A stretch of 64,000 nt of DNA. Origin: Patescibacteria group bacterium (lineage in GTDB: Bacteria > Patescibacteriota > Patescibacteriia > JACRDY01). This document shows positions 8,708-19,983 of this stretch, in pieces. The translations under genes were made by a program, and so were the position numbers. The stretch is from positions 32,000 to 95,999 of the forward strand of contig JBAZBH010000002.1 in assembly GCA_041671565.1 (NCBI GenBank). Direction: 5' to 3'. The notes beneath the pieces are model-generated. The model made no database searches and had not been told where the DNA came from. It saw nothing but the letters and a program-made list of their open reading frames with translations. Within the stretch, counting starts at the first letter, position 1; each line of letters opens with the position of its first letter.

Positions 8708-9868
8708 ATGACTGCAGTTAAAAAGAATCTATTTATTTTATTTTCGCTCGGGTTTTTTCTGGCGCTCGCCGTCGCTTTGCCCGCCTATATCCACTCCACC
8801 TATCTCAGCCAGTTTGTGGGCGCGGACCAAACCGGCTGGTTTTTTATTGGCGCCATGGTTTTTGCGACTTTGGCGATAAATTTTTTCCCGCGGTATATCA
8901 GAAAATTCAGTAATTACAAAACCGCTTTGATGCTCTTGGCAGTCTACGGGCTGGACGCTTGGCTGTTGTCTTTTGCTTCTTCGGCTGTCATGGCCTTGAC
9001 GCTCTTTATTATTTTAGAAACTTCGGTCGTGCTTCTCGCTATCGTCATGGATGTTTTTGTGGAAAGGTTTTCGGCTGACGCGCTGACCGGGCGCATTCGG
9101 ACAGTCTACTACACCTTTATTAATTTTGGTTGGCTTATCTCGCCATTTATCGCCGGCCAATTGGTGAGCGGCGGCGGTTACGCTTGGGTTTATTGGGGCG
9201 CGGCCGCGATGGTCTTGCCGATTATTGCCATTTTACTCATTTGCCGCGGTCGGTATAAGGATCATCTGCCTTACCGCCATCGCTCAACCATTGAGGCGTT
9301 AAAAAAACTTTGGCCCCAGCCGAATTTGCGGCGCATTGTTAGCGTAGCTTTTCTTTTGGATTTTTTCTATGGCCTGGCAGTAATCTATATTCCGATTTAT
9401 TTGCATCAGTATCTAGGTTTTGACTGGATGACGATCGGTTGGATGTTCACGATTATGCTTTTACCGTTTGTGCTTTTGGAAATTCCGGCCGGCATCCTCG
9501 CCGATAAATATTGGGGCGAGAAAGAAATCCTAGCCAGCGGCTTCATAATCCTTTCCGGCGTCTTAATCGCGATGTTTCTCCTCGGTCCGGCGAGTCCTTT
9601 GGTTTGGGCGATTATTCTTTTCCTCAGCCGTTGTGGCGCCGCCCTGACCGAGGCGATGCGCGAGACTTACTTTTTCAAAAAAGTCAGCGTCCGCGATATG
9701 GATTATATTAATCTCTTTCGCAACGCCCAGCCATTTGGCTACATCGCCGCCGCGCTCCTCGGCATGCTAATCTTGCAGTTTTTCCCCTTTAACTATTTAT
9801 TCTTGTTTTTCGGGGTGATTTTGTTGTTGGGAGTTTATTTGGCGGTGAGATTGGAAGATACGAAATAG
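8708..9868 (+). CDS. MFS-type transporter
   Basis: ~12 predicted TM helices in 6+6 arrangement with a basic central loop. Confidence 0.55.
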   Translation: MTAVKKNLFILFSLGFFLALAVALPAYIHSTYLSQFVGADQTGWFFIGAMVFATLAINFFPRYIRKFSNYKTALMLLAVYGLDAWLLSFASSAVMALTLFIILETSVVLLAIVMDVFVERFSADALTGRIRTVYYTFINFGWLISPFIAGQLVSGGGYAWVYWGAAAMVLPIIAILLICRGRYKDHLPYRHRSTIEALKKLWPQPNLRRIVSVAFLLDFFYGLAVIYIPIYLHQYLGFDWMTIGWMFTIMLLPFVLLEIPAGILADKYWGEKEILASGFIILSGVLIAMFLLGPASPLVWAIILFLSRCGAALTEAMRETYFFKKVSVRDMDYINLFRNAQPFGYIAAALLGMLILQFFPFNYLFLFFGVILLLGVYLAVRLEDTK

Positions 9869-10130
9869 ATTTAAGATTTAGGATTTAAGATTTAAGAATG
9901 GTCGGTAAGCAGCGTCTAAACCTCTAAATACCATTTAAAGTTCAAAACCCTAAGTGCAAAGTTCCCCAGCATCCCAGCATACGCGGGACAAGTGCGCGGG
10001 GCAGGCAAATCAAGTTCAAAGATCAAAAGCTACCGGAGTTTTGACCTTTGAACTTGATTTGTCATTTGGGTTTTGGATTTTGTCATTTTAACTGTATCTA
10101 TTGGGTTAAAACATTTATTTCTAATTTTGT
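9869..10130. repeat. nested palindromic intergenic element (outer 'gatttaa' arms, inner 'ttcaaag' arms)
   Basis: atttaagatttaggatttaagatttaagaatg ... ttcaaag(a)tcaaaa ... tttgaacttgatttg; same architecture at 12425, 26925, 29685, 51160. Confidence 0.8.
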
Positions 10131-10173
10131 TTTATTCTGAGGCGATAAACTATAAATTAGGTAATCACCCCTC

Positions 10174-10202
10174 TTGACGGGGTTTTTGGTTTGCGTTAAG
10201 AT
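10174..10202 (+). promoter_or_regulatory. sigma70-type promoter (TTGACG-17-TAAGAT) for groES-groEL
   Basis: ttgacg 10174-10179, 17-nt spacer, taagat 10197-10202, immediately upstream of CIRCE. Confidence 0.5.
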
Positions 10203-10213
10203 AACAGCACTAA

Positions 10214-10240
10214 TTAGCACTCGATATTTAAGAGTGCTAA
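10214..10240 (+). promoter_or_regulatory. CIRCE operator (HrcA-binding inverted repeat)
   Basis: TTAGCACTC-gatatttaa-GAGTGCTAA is a perfect match to the CIRCE consensus; ~95 nt upstream of groES. Confidence 0.85.
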
Positions 10241-10333
10241 AATAAATAATCGCGAATAAAAACGAATATAAACGAATAAAAACTAATAATTGTTCACATA
10301 AATTCGCTTTTAATTCGCTTAAATTCGCACCAT

Positions 10334-10621
10334 ATGAATCTCAAACCACTGCACGATCATTTGATCGTCAAACCTCTGCGTGAGGACACAATGACCAAGA
10401 GCGGCATTGTGCTCCCTGAAACCGTGGACAAAGAAAAGCCGGAAAAGGGCGAAGTTTTGGCGGCTGGTCCGGGTAAGATGCTGGACAACGGCCAACTCGC
10501 GCCGATGTCAGTCAAAGTCGGTGACAAAATCATGTTTAAGAAATACTCGCCGGACGAGATTAAGATCGACGACGAGGATCTTTTAGTTATATCCGAGAGT
10601 GATGTACTGGCAATTATCTAG
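10334..10621 (+). CDS. groES: co-chaperonin GroES
   Basis: 95 aa; LKPL.D.I.VK...E.KT.SGIVLPE...EKP..G.V.A.G.G core. Confidence 0.95.
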   Translation: MNLKPLHDHLIVKPLREDTMTKSGIVLPETVDKEKPEKGEVLAAGPGKMLDNGQLAPMSVKVGDKIMFKKYSPDEIKIDDEDLLVISESDVLAII

Positions 10622-10700
10622 AGAGTTAGACAGCCAGACAGTTAGACAGCTAGAAAGCTAGCAGTCAACAAATTCTTAATTCTTAATTCTTAATTCTTAA

Positions 10701-12368
<1,668 letters not shown>

Positions 12369-12424
12369 GTCGGTTATTTAACTTAATTTTTTAAAACTCG
12401 TTCGGGTAAATCTCCGGGCGAGTT

Positions 12425-12700
12425 TTTGTATAGAAGAGATTTAAGATTTAGGATTTAAGATTTAAGAATGCCGGTATTTAGCGGTTTAAAGTTCAAAACC
12501 CTAAGTTCAAAGTTCAAATCAAGTTCAAAGATCAAAATTACTCAACCAGTTAAACCAAGAATAATATTTTGTCATTTGAACTTGATTTGTCATTTGGATT
12601 TTGAATTTTAAACTTCTAGTTGTGTTTATTGGTTTAAATGCCGGTTGCCGACCTTCTTAAATCCTACTTCTTAAATCTTAAATCTTATGTTATAATGTCC
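12425..12700. repeat. nested palindromic intergenic element (gatttaa outer / ttcaaag inner)
   Basis: agatttaagatttaggatttaagatttaagaatg ... aagttcaaagttcaaatcaagttcaaagatcaaaa ... tttgaacttgatttg ... cttcttaaatcttaaatc. Confidence 0.8.
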
Positions 12701-12704
12701 CCAT

Positions 12705-13517
12705 ATGTCTATAGAAACAGCAGACCAGCAAACCGCCACCGCCAATGATTTGAAGTTTTATTTTCAAAAAATCAGTCGGCCGTTAGCGGCCAGCTTGGGG
12801 ATAATTTTGTTTGTTTATTTATTCAGTTTAATCAGTTTTTTGAGCTGGTCGCGGCCGGCTTTAAATTATTTCAGCTGGGCGATAATCCTGATTTTAATGG
12901 TGATGGTGGTGTGGCGGGTGGCCGGGGAAAAAAAAGACCGGTCCAGCCATGCGGCGATTGTTGGAGTTTTGGTGGGGCTCGGGGCGGGTCTCGGCCACGC
13001 GATTTTACAGGTAGTTTGGTTTTGGTCTTGGTGGCGATTAACTGATTTAGTGTTGGAGCCATTGGTTTTGGCTTTAGCCGGCCTCGGAATCGGATTTTTG
13101 GTTTTTAAACTCAGAGAGAAAGGGCAAGCTATAATGGCGGCCGGACGCGAACGGGAATCAGCGGCGGATTCAGTTGTTCCCACAACAATAGTTGAGGACA
13201 TCAAGATAGATTTGCCGGCGGAGGCAGTAGAAATTATAAAAGAATTGCCGGTAATGCCAGTAGTTTTGCCGGTTATCCGCCCGAAAGTTCAGAAAATTCG
13301 CCCAGCGCGGAGCCGTTCAGTTGAATCTCGTTTTAATCCGACGGTCATAGAAAAAGAAGTGGCGGTTGCCGCTGCGGTTGAAACGGCGCCAGCCGTTGCC
13401 ATTGAAGCTGAAGCAATAGTTAAAGAACCCAAAGTTAAAGAAGTTAAAGCCAAAATTGTTCGTCAGGCCAAGTCGGCTGATAAAAATAAAACTAAAGAGA
13501 CTAAAAATATAAAATAA
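12705..13517 (+). CDS. hypothetical membrane protein with Ala/Val/Glu/Lys-rich low-complexity C-terminus
   Basis: 4 predicted TM helices; C-terminal 120 aa low complexity. Confidence 0.4.
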   Translation: MSIETADQQTATANDLKFYFQKISRPLAASLGIILFVYLFSLISFLSWSRPALNYFSWAIILILMVMVVWRVAGEKKDRSSHAAIVGVLVGLGAGLGHAILQVVWFWSWWRLTDLVLEPLVLALAGLGIGFLVFKLREKGQAIMAAGRERESAADSVVPTTIVEDIKIDLPAEAVEIIKELPVMPVVLPVIRPKVQKIRPARSRSVESRFNPTVIEKEVAVAAAVETAPAVAIEAEAIVKEPKVKEVKAKIVRQAKSADKNKTKETKNIK

Positions 13518-13523
13518 AAATCT

Positions 13524-13871
13524 ATGGCAGTCAAAAAAAAGCCAGTCACGGCAAGTTCCAGTACCCAAAACGGAGTTAAAGACATTGAGGAGAATAAAGT
13601 TGTGGCGGCTTTATCTTATATTTGGATTCTATTTCTCATTCCGCTCCTTGCCAAGAAAGATAGCCCTTTTTGCCAATGGCACGCCAAGCAAGGGTTAGTG
13701 CTGTTTTTAGTGGAAGTGGTTGGCAGTTTGGTTTTTTGGATCCCGCTTTTTGGCTGGCTGTTACTTTTGGGGGTAATTTTACTCGCCGTGGTTGGCATTC
13801 TGCGGGCTTTGATTGGGGAGTTTTGGGAAATGCCGATCCTTGGCGCTTATGCCAAAAAGATCAATCTTTAA
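13524..13871 (+). CDS. small membrane protein, DUF4870-like
   Basis: LSYIWILFLIPLLAKKDSPFCQWHAKQGL motif characteristic of DUF4870; 3 TM. Confidence 0.5.
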   Translation: MAVKKKPVTASSSTQNGVKDIEENKVVAALSYIWILFLIPLLAKKDSPFCQWHAKQGLVLFLVEVVGSLVFWIPLFGWLLLLGVILLAVVGILRALIGEFWEMPILGAYAKKINL

Positions 13872-13883
13872 GCCAGTTGCCGG

Positions 13884-15365
13884 TTGATACTTATGACTAA
13901 ACGGACAAAAATTGTTGCGACTATCGGCCCGTCTTCAGCGCGGCCGGAAGTTTTGGTCGAGATGATCAAAGCCGGTATGGATGTGGCGCGGCTTAATTTT
14001 TCCCATGGCAACTATCACGACCATAAAATTTTATTTGAGAATATCTTGGCGGCGAGCAAAAAGGCCGGTCGAGCGGTGGCGGTGATGCAAGATTTGCAAG
14101 GCCCGCGGATCAGGGTGGGCCAGTTGCCGGGCAACGGTTTGGTCTTGGCGGCGGGCGAGCGGGTTGTCCTGCTGCCGGATAAAAAGTTTAGCGAACGGTT
14201 GGCGGAGAAATCGGCCGATAAAATTTTGCCGGTGCAATACGAACGGCTTTTTCGCGAGGTGAAGCCGGGCGCCAAAATTTTAATCAGCGACGGGCTGATT
14301 GAACTGAAAGTTAAAAAAGTTAATAAGACCCAGGCGCTGATTGATTGCTTGGTGGTAAATGGCGGCACGGTGCTGTCTTTCCGCGGGATTAATCTGCCGG
14401 GGACCAAAATCGCCGCTGAAGTGATCACGCCGAAAGACCGGGAGGATTTGCGGTTTGGCTTGAAACTCGGAGTTGACTGGGTGGCGTTGTCTTTTGTCCA
14501 GGACGCGAAGGATATTTTGGCGCTGCGAAAATTGATCAATAGTTACCAATCAGGGAGCCAGGTTAAAATTATAGCAAAAATTGAAAGAGCTTCGGCGATC
14601 AAGAATTTTGACGCGATTCTCGGGGCAGCCGACGGCATTATGGTGGCGCGGGGCGATCTGGGGATTGAGTTGCCGGCGGCCGAAGTGCCAATGCTCCAAA
14701 AAATGATGATTGGCAAATGTCTCCGAGCCGCCAAGCCGGTGGTGGTGGCGACGCAAATGTTGGAGTCGATGATGATTAATCCGCGGCCGACGCGGGCGGA
14801 AGTGTCGGATATCGCTAACGCCGTGATCGACCATACTGACGCGGTGATGCTTTCGGGCGAAACCGCGACCGGCAATTTTCCAGTGGAGTCGGTGGCGATG
14901 ATGGCCGGCACGATCCAACAAACCGAAAAATCACCTTATGATAATCTAACAGTTGATAGCCGGCTGGAGAGCGATAAGGCCGCATTTTATTTTGCCGAAT
15001 CGGTATATAATTTAACCAAAAAGTTAAAAATCAAAGCGATTGTGGTGGCAACGGCCAGCGGCGAAGCGGCGCGGCTGATTGCCCGTTTCCGGCCGGAAAC
15101 CAGAATTTTGGCCTTAACTCCCAGTCCGGCAACAGCGCGGCAATTAATTTTGAGTTGGGGGGTGGAAGGCAAAGTGGCGGCGGTCAGCAGTAATTTGAAT
15201 AAATTGATCAAGCAAGCGGTTAACCTCGCGCGCGCCGAAGGTGTGGGCCGGCCGGGCGACAAAATCGTAGTGGCCGCGGCTTACCCTTGCTTACAGCCGG
15301 GTTTTAGCCGGCAGGCGATAAGGTGCAAAGAAAATCTGAATTTGGTTAAAGTGGCAGAATTGTGA
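13884..15365 (+). CDS. pyk: pyruvate kinase
   Basis: KIVATIGP...LNFSHG N-terminus, MVARGDLG active-site motif. Confidence 0.93.
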   Translation: MILMTKRTKIVATIGPSSARPEVLVEMIKAGMDVARLNFSHGNYHDHKILFENILAASKKAGRAVAVMQDLQGPRIRVGQLPGNGLVLAAGERVVLLPDKKFSERLAEKSADKILPVQYERLFREVKPGAKILISDGLIELKVKKVNKTQALIDCLVVNGGTVLSFRGINLPGTKIAAEVITPKDREDLRFGLKLGVDWVALSFVQDAKDILALRKLINSYQSGSQVKIIAKIERASAIKNFDAILGAADGIMVARGDLGIELPAAEVPMLQKMMIGKCLRAAKPVVVATQMLESMMINPRPTRAEVSDIANAVIDHTDAVMLSGETATGNFPVESVAMMAGTIQQTEKSPYDNLTVDSRLESDKAAFYFAESVYNLTKKLKIKAIVVATASGEAARLIARFRPETRILALTPSPATARQLILSWGVEGKVAAVSSNLNKLIKQAVNLARAEGVGRPGDKIVVAAAYPCLQPGFSRQAIRCKENLNLVKVAEL

Positions 15366-15399
15366 AGGTAGGAGGTTAGGATGATAGGATGTTAGGCAG

Positions 15400-15500
15400 G
15401 AGTGTCTATTTGCTAAAGACTTTATGGCTCTATGGTTAAATGGTTTTATGGTTGGGAGTTGTCTCAAGGTGATCACTTTGGGATTAACCATTTAACTATA
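15400..15500. repeat. palindromic intergenic element, 'ggttttatgg / gttagg' family
   Basis: ggttaaatggttttatggttgggagttg ... gggattaaccatttaac; preceded by gttagg units; copies at 19028-19137 and 28440-28570. Confidence 0.7.
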
Positions 15501-15540
15501 TAACCGGATATATCGGGAAGGGGTTAAATAATTTGGAGCG

Positions 15541-15566
15541 GCCCCGTTAGAACGGGGTTTTTTGTT
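15541..15566 (+). terminator. rho-independent terminator after pyk
   Basis: ccccgtt-aga-aacgggg stem followed by ttttttg. Confidence 0.65.
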
Positions 15567-15653
15567 TGGGCGGATTTCCCTTGTAAAACTTAAGGAAAAG
15601 AGGTATTCTTGGAGTAATATAGTCGAGATAATTAAGTAATTTTTACCCGATTT

Positions 15654-17351
15654 ATGAGGCTTTCACATTATTTTCTAAAAACCACCAAGTCGGTTTCTGA
15701 AGACGACAAAAGCGTGTCGGCCAAGTTTTTAAAACAGGGTGGGTATATCCGCGAATCGGTTGCCGGCCGGTATTATTTTTTGCCAATTGGTCAGAAAGTT
15801 CAGCAAAAAATCATGGCGGTGATCAAGGAAGAAATGGATGCCGCCGGCGCGCAAGAGATGGTGGCGCCGATTTTGCACCCGCTGGAATTATGGCAAGAAA
15901 CTAACCGCACCAACACCACGGGGTTTGAACTAATGAAAGTCAAAGATCGGCGCGGGGCCGAATTCGCTTTAGGCGGCACGGCCGAAGAAATGTTTGTTGA
16001 CTTGGTGCGGCAATATAAATTAAGTTACCGCGATTTGCCGTTTCAACTTTATCAGTTTTCGCCCAAGTTTCGCGATGAACTGCGCGCTCGCGGCGGATTG
16101 CTTCGCGTTCGCGAGTTTATTATGAAAGATGGCTATTCTTTTCATTCGGATGAAGCGGATTTTAAATTGGAATACGAAAAGATGAAAAAAGTTTATGCCA
16201 GGATTTTTGAGCGATTAGGTTTAGCCACGGTTATAGTTGAGTCGGACAACGGCTATATCGGCGGGGAGTATTGCCATGAGTTTATTGTTGAGTCGGAGAT
16301 TGGTGAAAGCAAGTATTTTGTCACTGAAGGCGGCAATTACGCCGCTCATGAAGATGTAGCGGTATTTAAAAAAGAAATAAAAAATCAGGCGGAAAAATTA
16401 AAAGAGCCAGTTGAAGTTGATGCCAAGCGCGGCACCACCATGGAAGCGGGCGTTGAATTTCACCATTTGCCGTTGTGGCAACAGATTAAAGATGTGTTGT
16501 TTGTTGATGAAAAGAGTCGGTTTATTTTGGCGATTATCCGCGGCGATTTTGAAGTCAATGAAACTAAACTTAAAAACCTGATTAAAGCCGCGACCTTGCG
16601 CCACGCCACTGACGAAGAAATTCGGGAGAAAATCAAATCAGAGCCAGGGTTTATTTCGCCGGTAAAAATCAAAGACGGACTGGCCAAGAAAGTTGAATTG
16701 CTGATTGTCGCTGACGATTCTTTACGAACGATTGCCAACGCTTATGGCGGCAGTAACCGGAAAAACCGAGATTTACTGAATGGTAATATCGACCGCGACT
16801 ACCAACCGGATCTGGAAGGGGATATTGCTTTAGCTAAAGCCGGCGACGAAGCGCTTAGCGGCGGGAAACTATTAGCCGGTAAGGGGATTGAAGTGGGAAA
16901 TATTTTTCAACTGGGCTATCATTATTCCAATAAAATGAAAGGCGCGGTGTATATTGACGCCGAGGGTAAAGAGCAGCCGTTTTATATGGGCTGTTATGGT
17001 ATTGGGGTCGGCCGCACTATGGCTGCGATTGTGGAAAAGCATTTCGATGACCGAGGAATAATCTGGCCCGAAGCCGTGGCGCCATTTGCTGTGCAGTTAA
17101 TCGCTTTGGACGGCGCCGAGGCGGAGGCGGATAAACTGTATGACCAGTTAATCAAAAAAGGCGTGGCGGTGCTCTACGACGACCGCGATAAGCGCGCCGG
17201 CGAGAAGTTCGCTGACGCGGATTTAATCGGTTTACCGCTCCGCGCGGTAGTTAGTAAAAAAACCGTCCAAGAACAAAGCGTGGAGTTGAAAAGCCGCCAA
17301 GAGGCCAAGACCGAGCTGGTTAGTTTTAAGGATTTTATAAAAAGATTCTAA
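15654..17351 (+). CDS. proS: prolyl-tRNA synthetase
   Basis: 565 aa; class II core with bacterial-type editing/insertion domain; FLKQGGYIRESVAGRYYFLP N-terminus. Confidence 0.9.
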   Translation: MRLSHYFLKTTKSVSEDDKSVSAKFLKQGGYIRESVAGRYYFLPIGQKVQQKIMAVIKEEMDAAGAQEMVAPILHPLELWQETNRTNTTGFELMKVKDRRGAEFALGGTAEEMFVDLVRQYKLSYRDLPFQLYQFSPKFRDELRARGGLLRVREFIMKDGYSFHSDEADFKLEYEKMKKVYARIFERLGLATVIVESDNGYIGGEYCHEFIVESEIGESKYFVTEGGNYAAHEDVAVFKKEIKNQAEKLKEPVEVDAKRGTTMEAGVEFHHLPLWQQIKDVLFVDEKSRFILAIIRGDFEVNETKLKNLIKAATLRHATDEEIREKIKSEPGFISPVKIKDGLAKKVELLIVADDSLRTIANAYGGSNRKNRDLLNGNIDRDYQPDLEGDIALAKAGDEALSGGKLLAGKGIEVGNIFQLGYHYSNKMKGAVYIDAEGKEQPFYMGCYGIGVGRTMAAIVEKHFDDRGIIWPEAVAPFAVQLIALDGAEAEADKLYDQLIKKGVAVLYDDRDKRAGEKFADADLIGLPLRAVVSKKTVQEQSVELKSRQEAKTELVSFKDFIKRF

Positions 17352-17486
17352 AGATATTAAATATCTCTCCTAAAAAATTCCGTTCCGACGGGGTTTTTAG
17401 TTTAATCAAGCAAGCCAGTTATTTTACTGGAAGAGGTTGGTAGTTGATTATTTCGCCGGCAATAATTTTTACGGTTTTTTGTCAAA

Positions 17487-17515
17487 TTGACATTTTTATG
17501 GTCTAGCACTAGAAT
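17487..17515 (+). promoter_or_regulatory. sigma70-type promoter (TTGACA-17-TAGAAT)
   Basis: ttgaca 17487-17492, 17-nt spacer, tagaat 17510-17515; GGAGG RBS 9 nt before ATG 17546. Confidence 0.55.
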
Positions 17516-17545
17516 TGGGTCAAACCTTTTGGAGGGAGGTCAAAA

Positions 17546-17746
17546 ATGGAGAATAATACAGCGCTACTGTTTTTGGCAGGGTTTTTATTGGTTCTGTGGC
17601 TGATCATACGGTTGGTGACTAATCGCCAACATAAAGGGCCAAAAACTGGCAGAATGTCGCGTTGGGAGGTTGAGGCCTGGGCCGATTGCCTTAATCGGCC
17701 GCTCCGAGGTGGGAAGATTCTTCCGCCACTTCAGCGCGCCAAGTAG
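17546..17746 (+). CDS. small membrane protein (66 aa)
   Basis: ORF with one N-terminal TM helix, strong promoter and RBS upstream. Confidence 0.45.
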   Translation: MENNTALLFLAGFLLVLWLIIRLVTNRQHKGPKTGRMSRWEVEAWADCLNRPLRGGKILPPLQRAK

Positions 17747-17883
17747 GCGCGTCCAGTTTTCCACATCAACTAATCTCTCGCAGGGCCAATGCTTTGCGAG
17801 GGATTTTATTAAATAGCTCAGAGTCATGAGTCCAGAGTCCTGAGTAATAATATCTAAATTTAGACAAAATAGCAGGTTTTCTA

Positions 17884-17912
17884 TTGACAGAAAACCTGTT
17901 ATTTGCTATCAT
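17884..17912 (+). promoter_or_regulatory. sigma70-type promoter (TTGACA-17-TATCAT) overlapped by a 9-bp inverted repeat
   Basis: caggttttc-tattgaca-gaaaacctg palindrome spans the -35; AAGGAGGG RBS before ATG 17961. Confidence 0.5.
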
Positions 17913-17960
17913 AGAAACAAGTAGTTTGAAAACCCAACTCTTCACCCAAGGAGGGTAAAA

Positions 17961-18215
17961 ATGAAGAGATTCAATTGGAAAGAGGTTGTAGCGGTGGCGC
18001 TTATGTTTTTTGGGTTCGCGGGCGCGTTTGTGTATTGCCCGATTTTTGATGGGCCCGAGACCGGATTAGGCGCGCATGCAATTTTTATTGCCGGTCTTCT
18101 GGCGATGCTCGGTGGGTTTAAACTCGCCGGCGGGTTGGACTGGGCTCTTGGCTTTGATAAACCGAGGAAGCCCAGAAAATATACTGTTATTTATCCGGGG
18201 GGCTATCGCAAATAG
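17961..18215 (+). CDS. small membrane protein (84 aa)
   Basis: two predicted TM helices; own promoter and RBS. Confidence 0.45.
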   Translation: MKRFNWKEVVAVALMFFGFAGAFVYCPIFDGPETGLGAHAIFIAGLLAMLGGFKLAGGLDWALGFDKPRKPRKYTVIYPGGYRK

Positions 18216-18299
18216 TTCGCTGGCGCATCTCGTAAGCTCGTTGTTCCTCGGGGACAGCGGGCTTTTTCTTTTGGCTAAATTTAGGTATGATGTTAGTAG

Positions 18300-18420
18300 C
18301 GCAAAACTCAAAGCTCAAAAGTCAAAACCACAAGTCAAAAGGCAAAACTGTCGGAGTAGTAGAGTTTTTAGCTTTGAGCTGTGGTTTTGACTTTTGACTT
18401 TTGCGCTTTGACTTTATTTT
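18300..18420. repeat. palindromic intergenic element, 'agtcaaaaccaca' family
   Basis: gcgcaaaactcaaagctcaaaagtcaaaaccacaagtcaaaagg ... gctttgagctgtggttttgacttttgacttttgcgc; second copy 19925-20110. Confidence 0.8.
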
Positions 18421-19026
18421 ATGTTTTCCAAAGAAACCAAATTCATCCTCGCCCTCGTCCTCATCTTATTTTTGGTTTTTTCCTACTGGCTAATTGTTTA
18501 CTCGCCAAAGGAAGCGCCAACGCCGGTGGTCTATGAAACCGGCCGGCCGGACCGCGGCGCGCCAGACGCCAAAACCGTAGTAACGCTTTATTTTGATTTT
18601 GGCTGTTCGCTTTGCCATGAAGCCAGTTTTGCCTTAGATAAAATTTATCAGCAGTATGGCAATGCGGTGTTGGTCAAATATCGCTATGTGCCTTTAACCG
18701 CTAATTCCATCATGGTGGAGGCGGCGGCGGAATGCGCTCAGCGCCAAGGCAAGTTTTTTGCTTACCGTGATTATTTATTTGCCAGTTCGGACACAGTTTG
18801 GACTGCGGAAAAGTTGAAAGCCGGCGCCGCGGCGAGCGGTTTAAATCAACCGCAGTTTGATGGTTGCTTAGATAACAAGGAAACCGAGGCCGTGGTGGAA
18901 TATGACGCTGGCCAGGCTTGGAAGCTGGGCGTGACCGCTACGCCGGCGCTTTTCTTGAACGGCCAGGCGGTGGAATTAAATAGCCTGGAGACGGCGGTAG
19001 CGCGGTCGATGGCGGCGGGACAATAA
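18421..19026 (+). CDS. DsbA/thioredoxin-fold thiol:disulfide oxidoreductase, membrane-anchored
   Basis: N-terminal TM; CSLC (CxxC) active site in FDFGCSLCHEA; DsbA-like C-terminal region. Confidence 0.7.
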   Translation: MFSKETKFILALVLILFLVFSYWLIVYSPKEAPTPVVYETGRPDRGAPDAKTVVTLYFDFGCSLCHEASFALDKIYQQYGNAVLVKYRYVPLTANSIMVEAAAECAQRQGKFFAYRDYLFASSDTVWTAEKLKAGAAASGLNQPQFDGCLDNKETEAVVEYDAGQAWKLGVTATPALFLNGQAVELNSLETAVARSMAAGQ

Positions 19027-19027
19027 A

Positions 19028-19137
19028 ATAAATGGTTTTATGGTTTTATGGTTAGGAGTTGTTCCAAAATGATTCCTTCAGTATTAGCCATTCAACCATA
19101 AAGCCATATAACCATAGAACCATAAAGCCATAAAATT
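19028..19137. repeat. palindromic intergenic element, 'ggttttatgg' family
   Basis: aatggttttatggttttatggttagg ... ccataaagccatataaccatagaaccataaagccat. Confidence 0.8.
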
Positions 19138-19983
19138 ATGCATACCTATCTCCCCAGTAGCATTATCTTCCAACTCGGTTCCCTTAGTATTCATTGGTAC
19201 GGCCTTTTGGTGACGGCTGGATTTCTCGCCGGGTTGTTCGTTTTAGTCCGGCTGTTCCGGTTTTATGGCCGGCCGCCGGCCGAGGCTTATGACCTATTTT
19301 TTTATGTCATTATTTTTGGTTTACTGGGCGCCCGGATTTACTATGTGTTTTACGACTGGGCTTATTACAGCGGGCATTTAATCGATGTTTTTAAGGTTTG
19401 GCAGGGCGGCCTCGCCATCCACGGCGCCATTATCGCCGCGCTCCTGACCATTTATTTTTACTCTCGTCGCCGCGGCTGGACGGTCTTGGTGATAACTGAT
19501 ATAGTGGCGGCCTGCGTGCCGTTAGCGCTGGCCATTGGCCGCTGGGGCAATTATTTTAATCAAGAACTGTTTGGTCGGCCGACTAATCTGCCTTGGGGTA
19601 TTCCGATTAGCCTAGCTAACCGGCCGGCGGAATATATTACCAGCCAATATTTTCACCCGACATTTCTTTATGAAAGTCTGATGGACTTGGCGCTGGCGGC
19701 GGTTCTCCTGTGCTGGCATTGCCGGTGCTTAAAGCAAGCAGCCAAAAGCCAGTTAGAAGTCAGACCGGGAGAAATTACCCTAGGATTTTTATTTGGCTAC
19801 TCGCTGATCCGGTTTGTCACCGAATTTTGGCGGGTGGATTATTCGCCGCTGGTTTTTGGCCTGCGGTGGGCGCAGGTGTTGTCGGGGGTGGTGATGGTGG
19901 GAGTGATCGGTTTTTGGTTAAAAATAAAAACTCAAAACTCAAAGCTCGAAAGTCAAAACCACAGCTCAAAACTAAAAACTTAA
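19138..19983 (+). CDS. lgt: prolipoprotein diacylglyceryl transferase
   Basis: Lgt signature region GRWGNYFNQELFGRPT...PWG and conserved helices; low-complexity C-tail (KIKTQNSKLESQNHSSKLKT) is encoded by the downstream repeat element. Confidence 0.88.
   Translation: MHTYLPSSIIFQLGSLSIHWYGLLVTAGFLAGLFVLVRLFRFYGRPPAEAYDLFFYVIIFGLLGARIYYVFYDWAYYSGHLIDVFKVWQGGLAIHGAIIAALLTIYFYSRRRGWTVLVITDIVAACVPLALAIGRWGNYFNQELFGRPTNLPWGIPISLANRPAEYITSQYFHPTFLYESLMDLALAAVLLCWHCRCLKQAAKSQLEVRPGEITLGFLFGYSLIRFVTEFWRVDYSPLVFGLRWAQVLSGVVMVGVIGFWLKIKTQNSKLESQNHSSKLKT

Noticed and set aside
14015-14921. Several minus-strand ORFs (122-174 aa) inside pyk
   Set aside because: They are antisense to a confidently identified pyruvate kinase.
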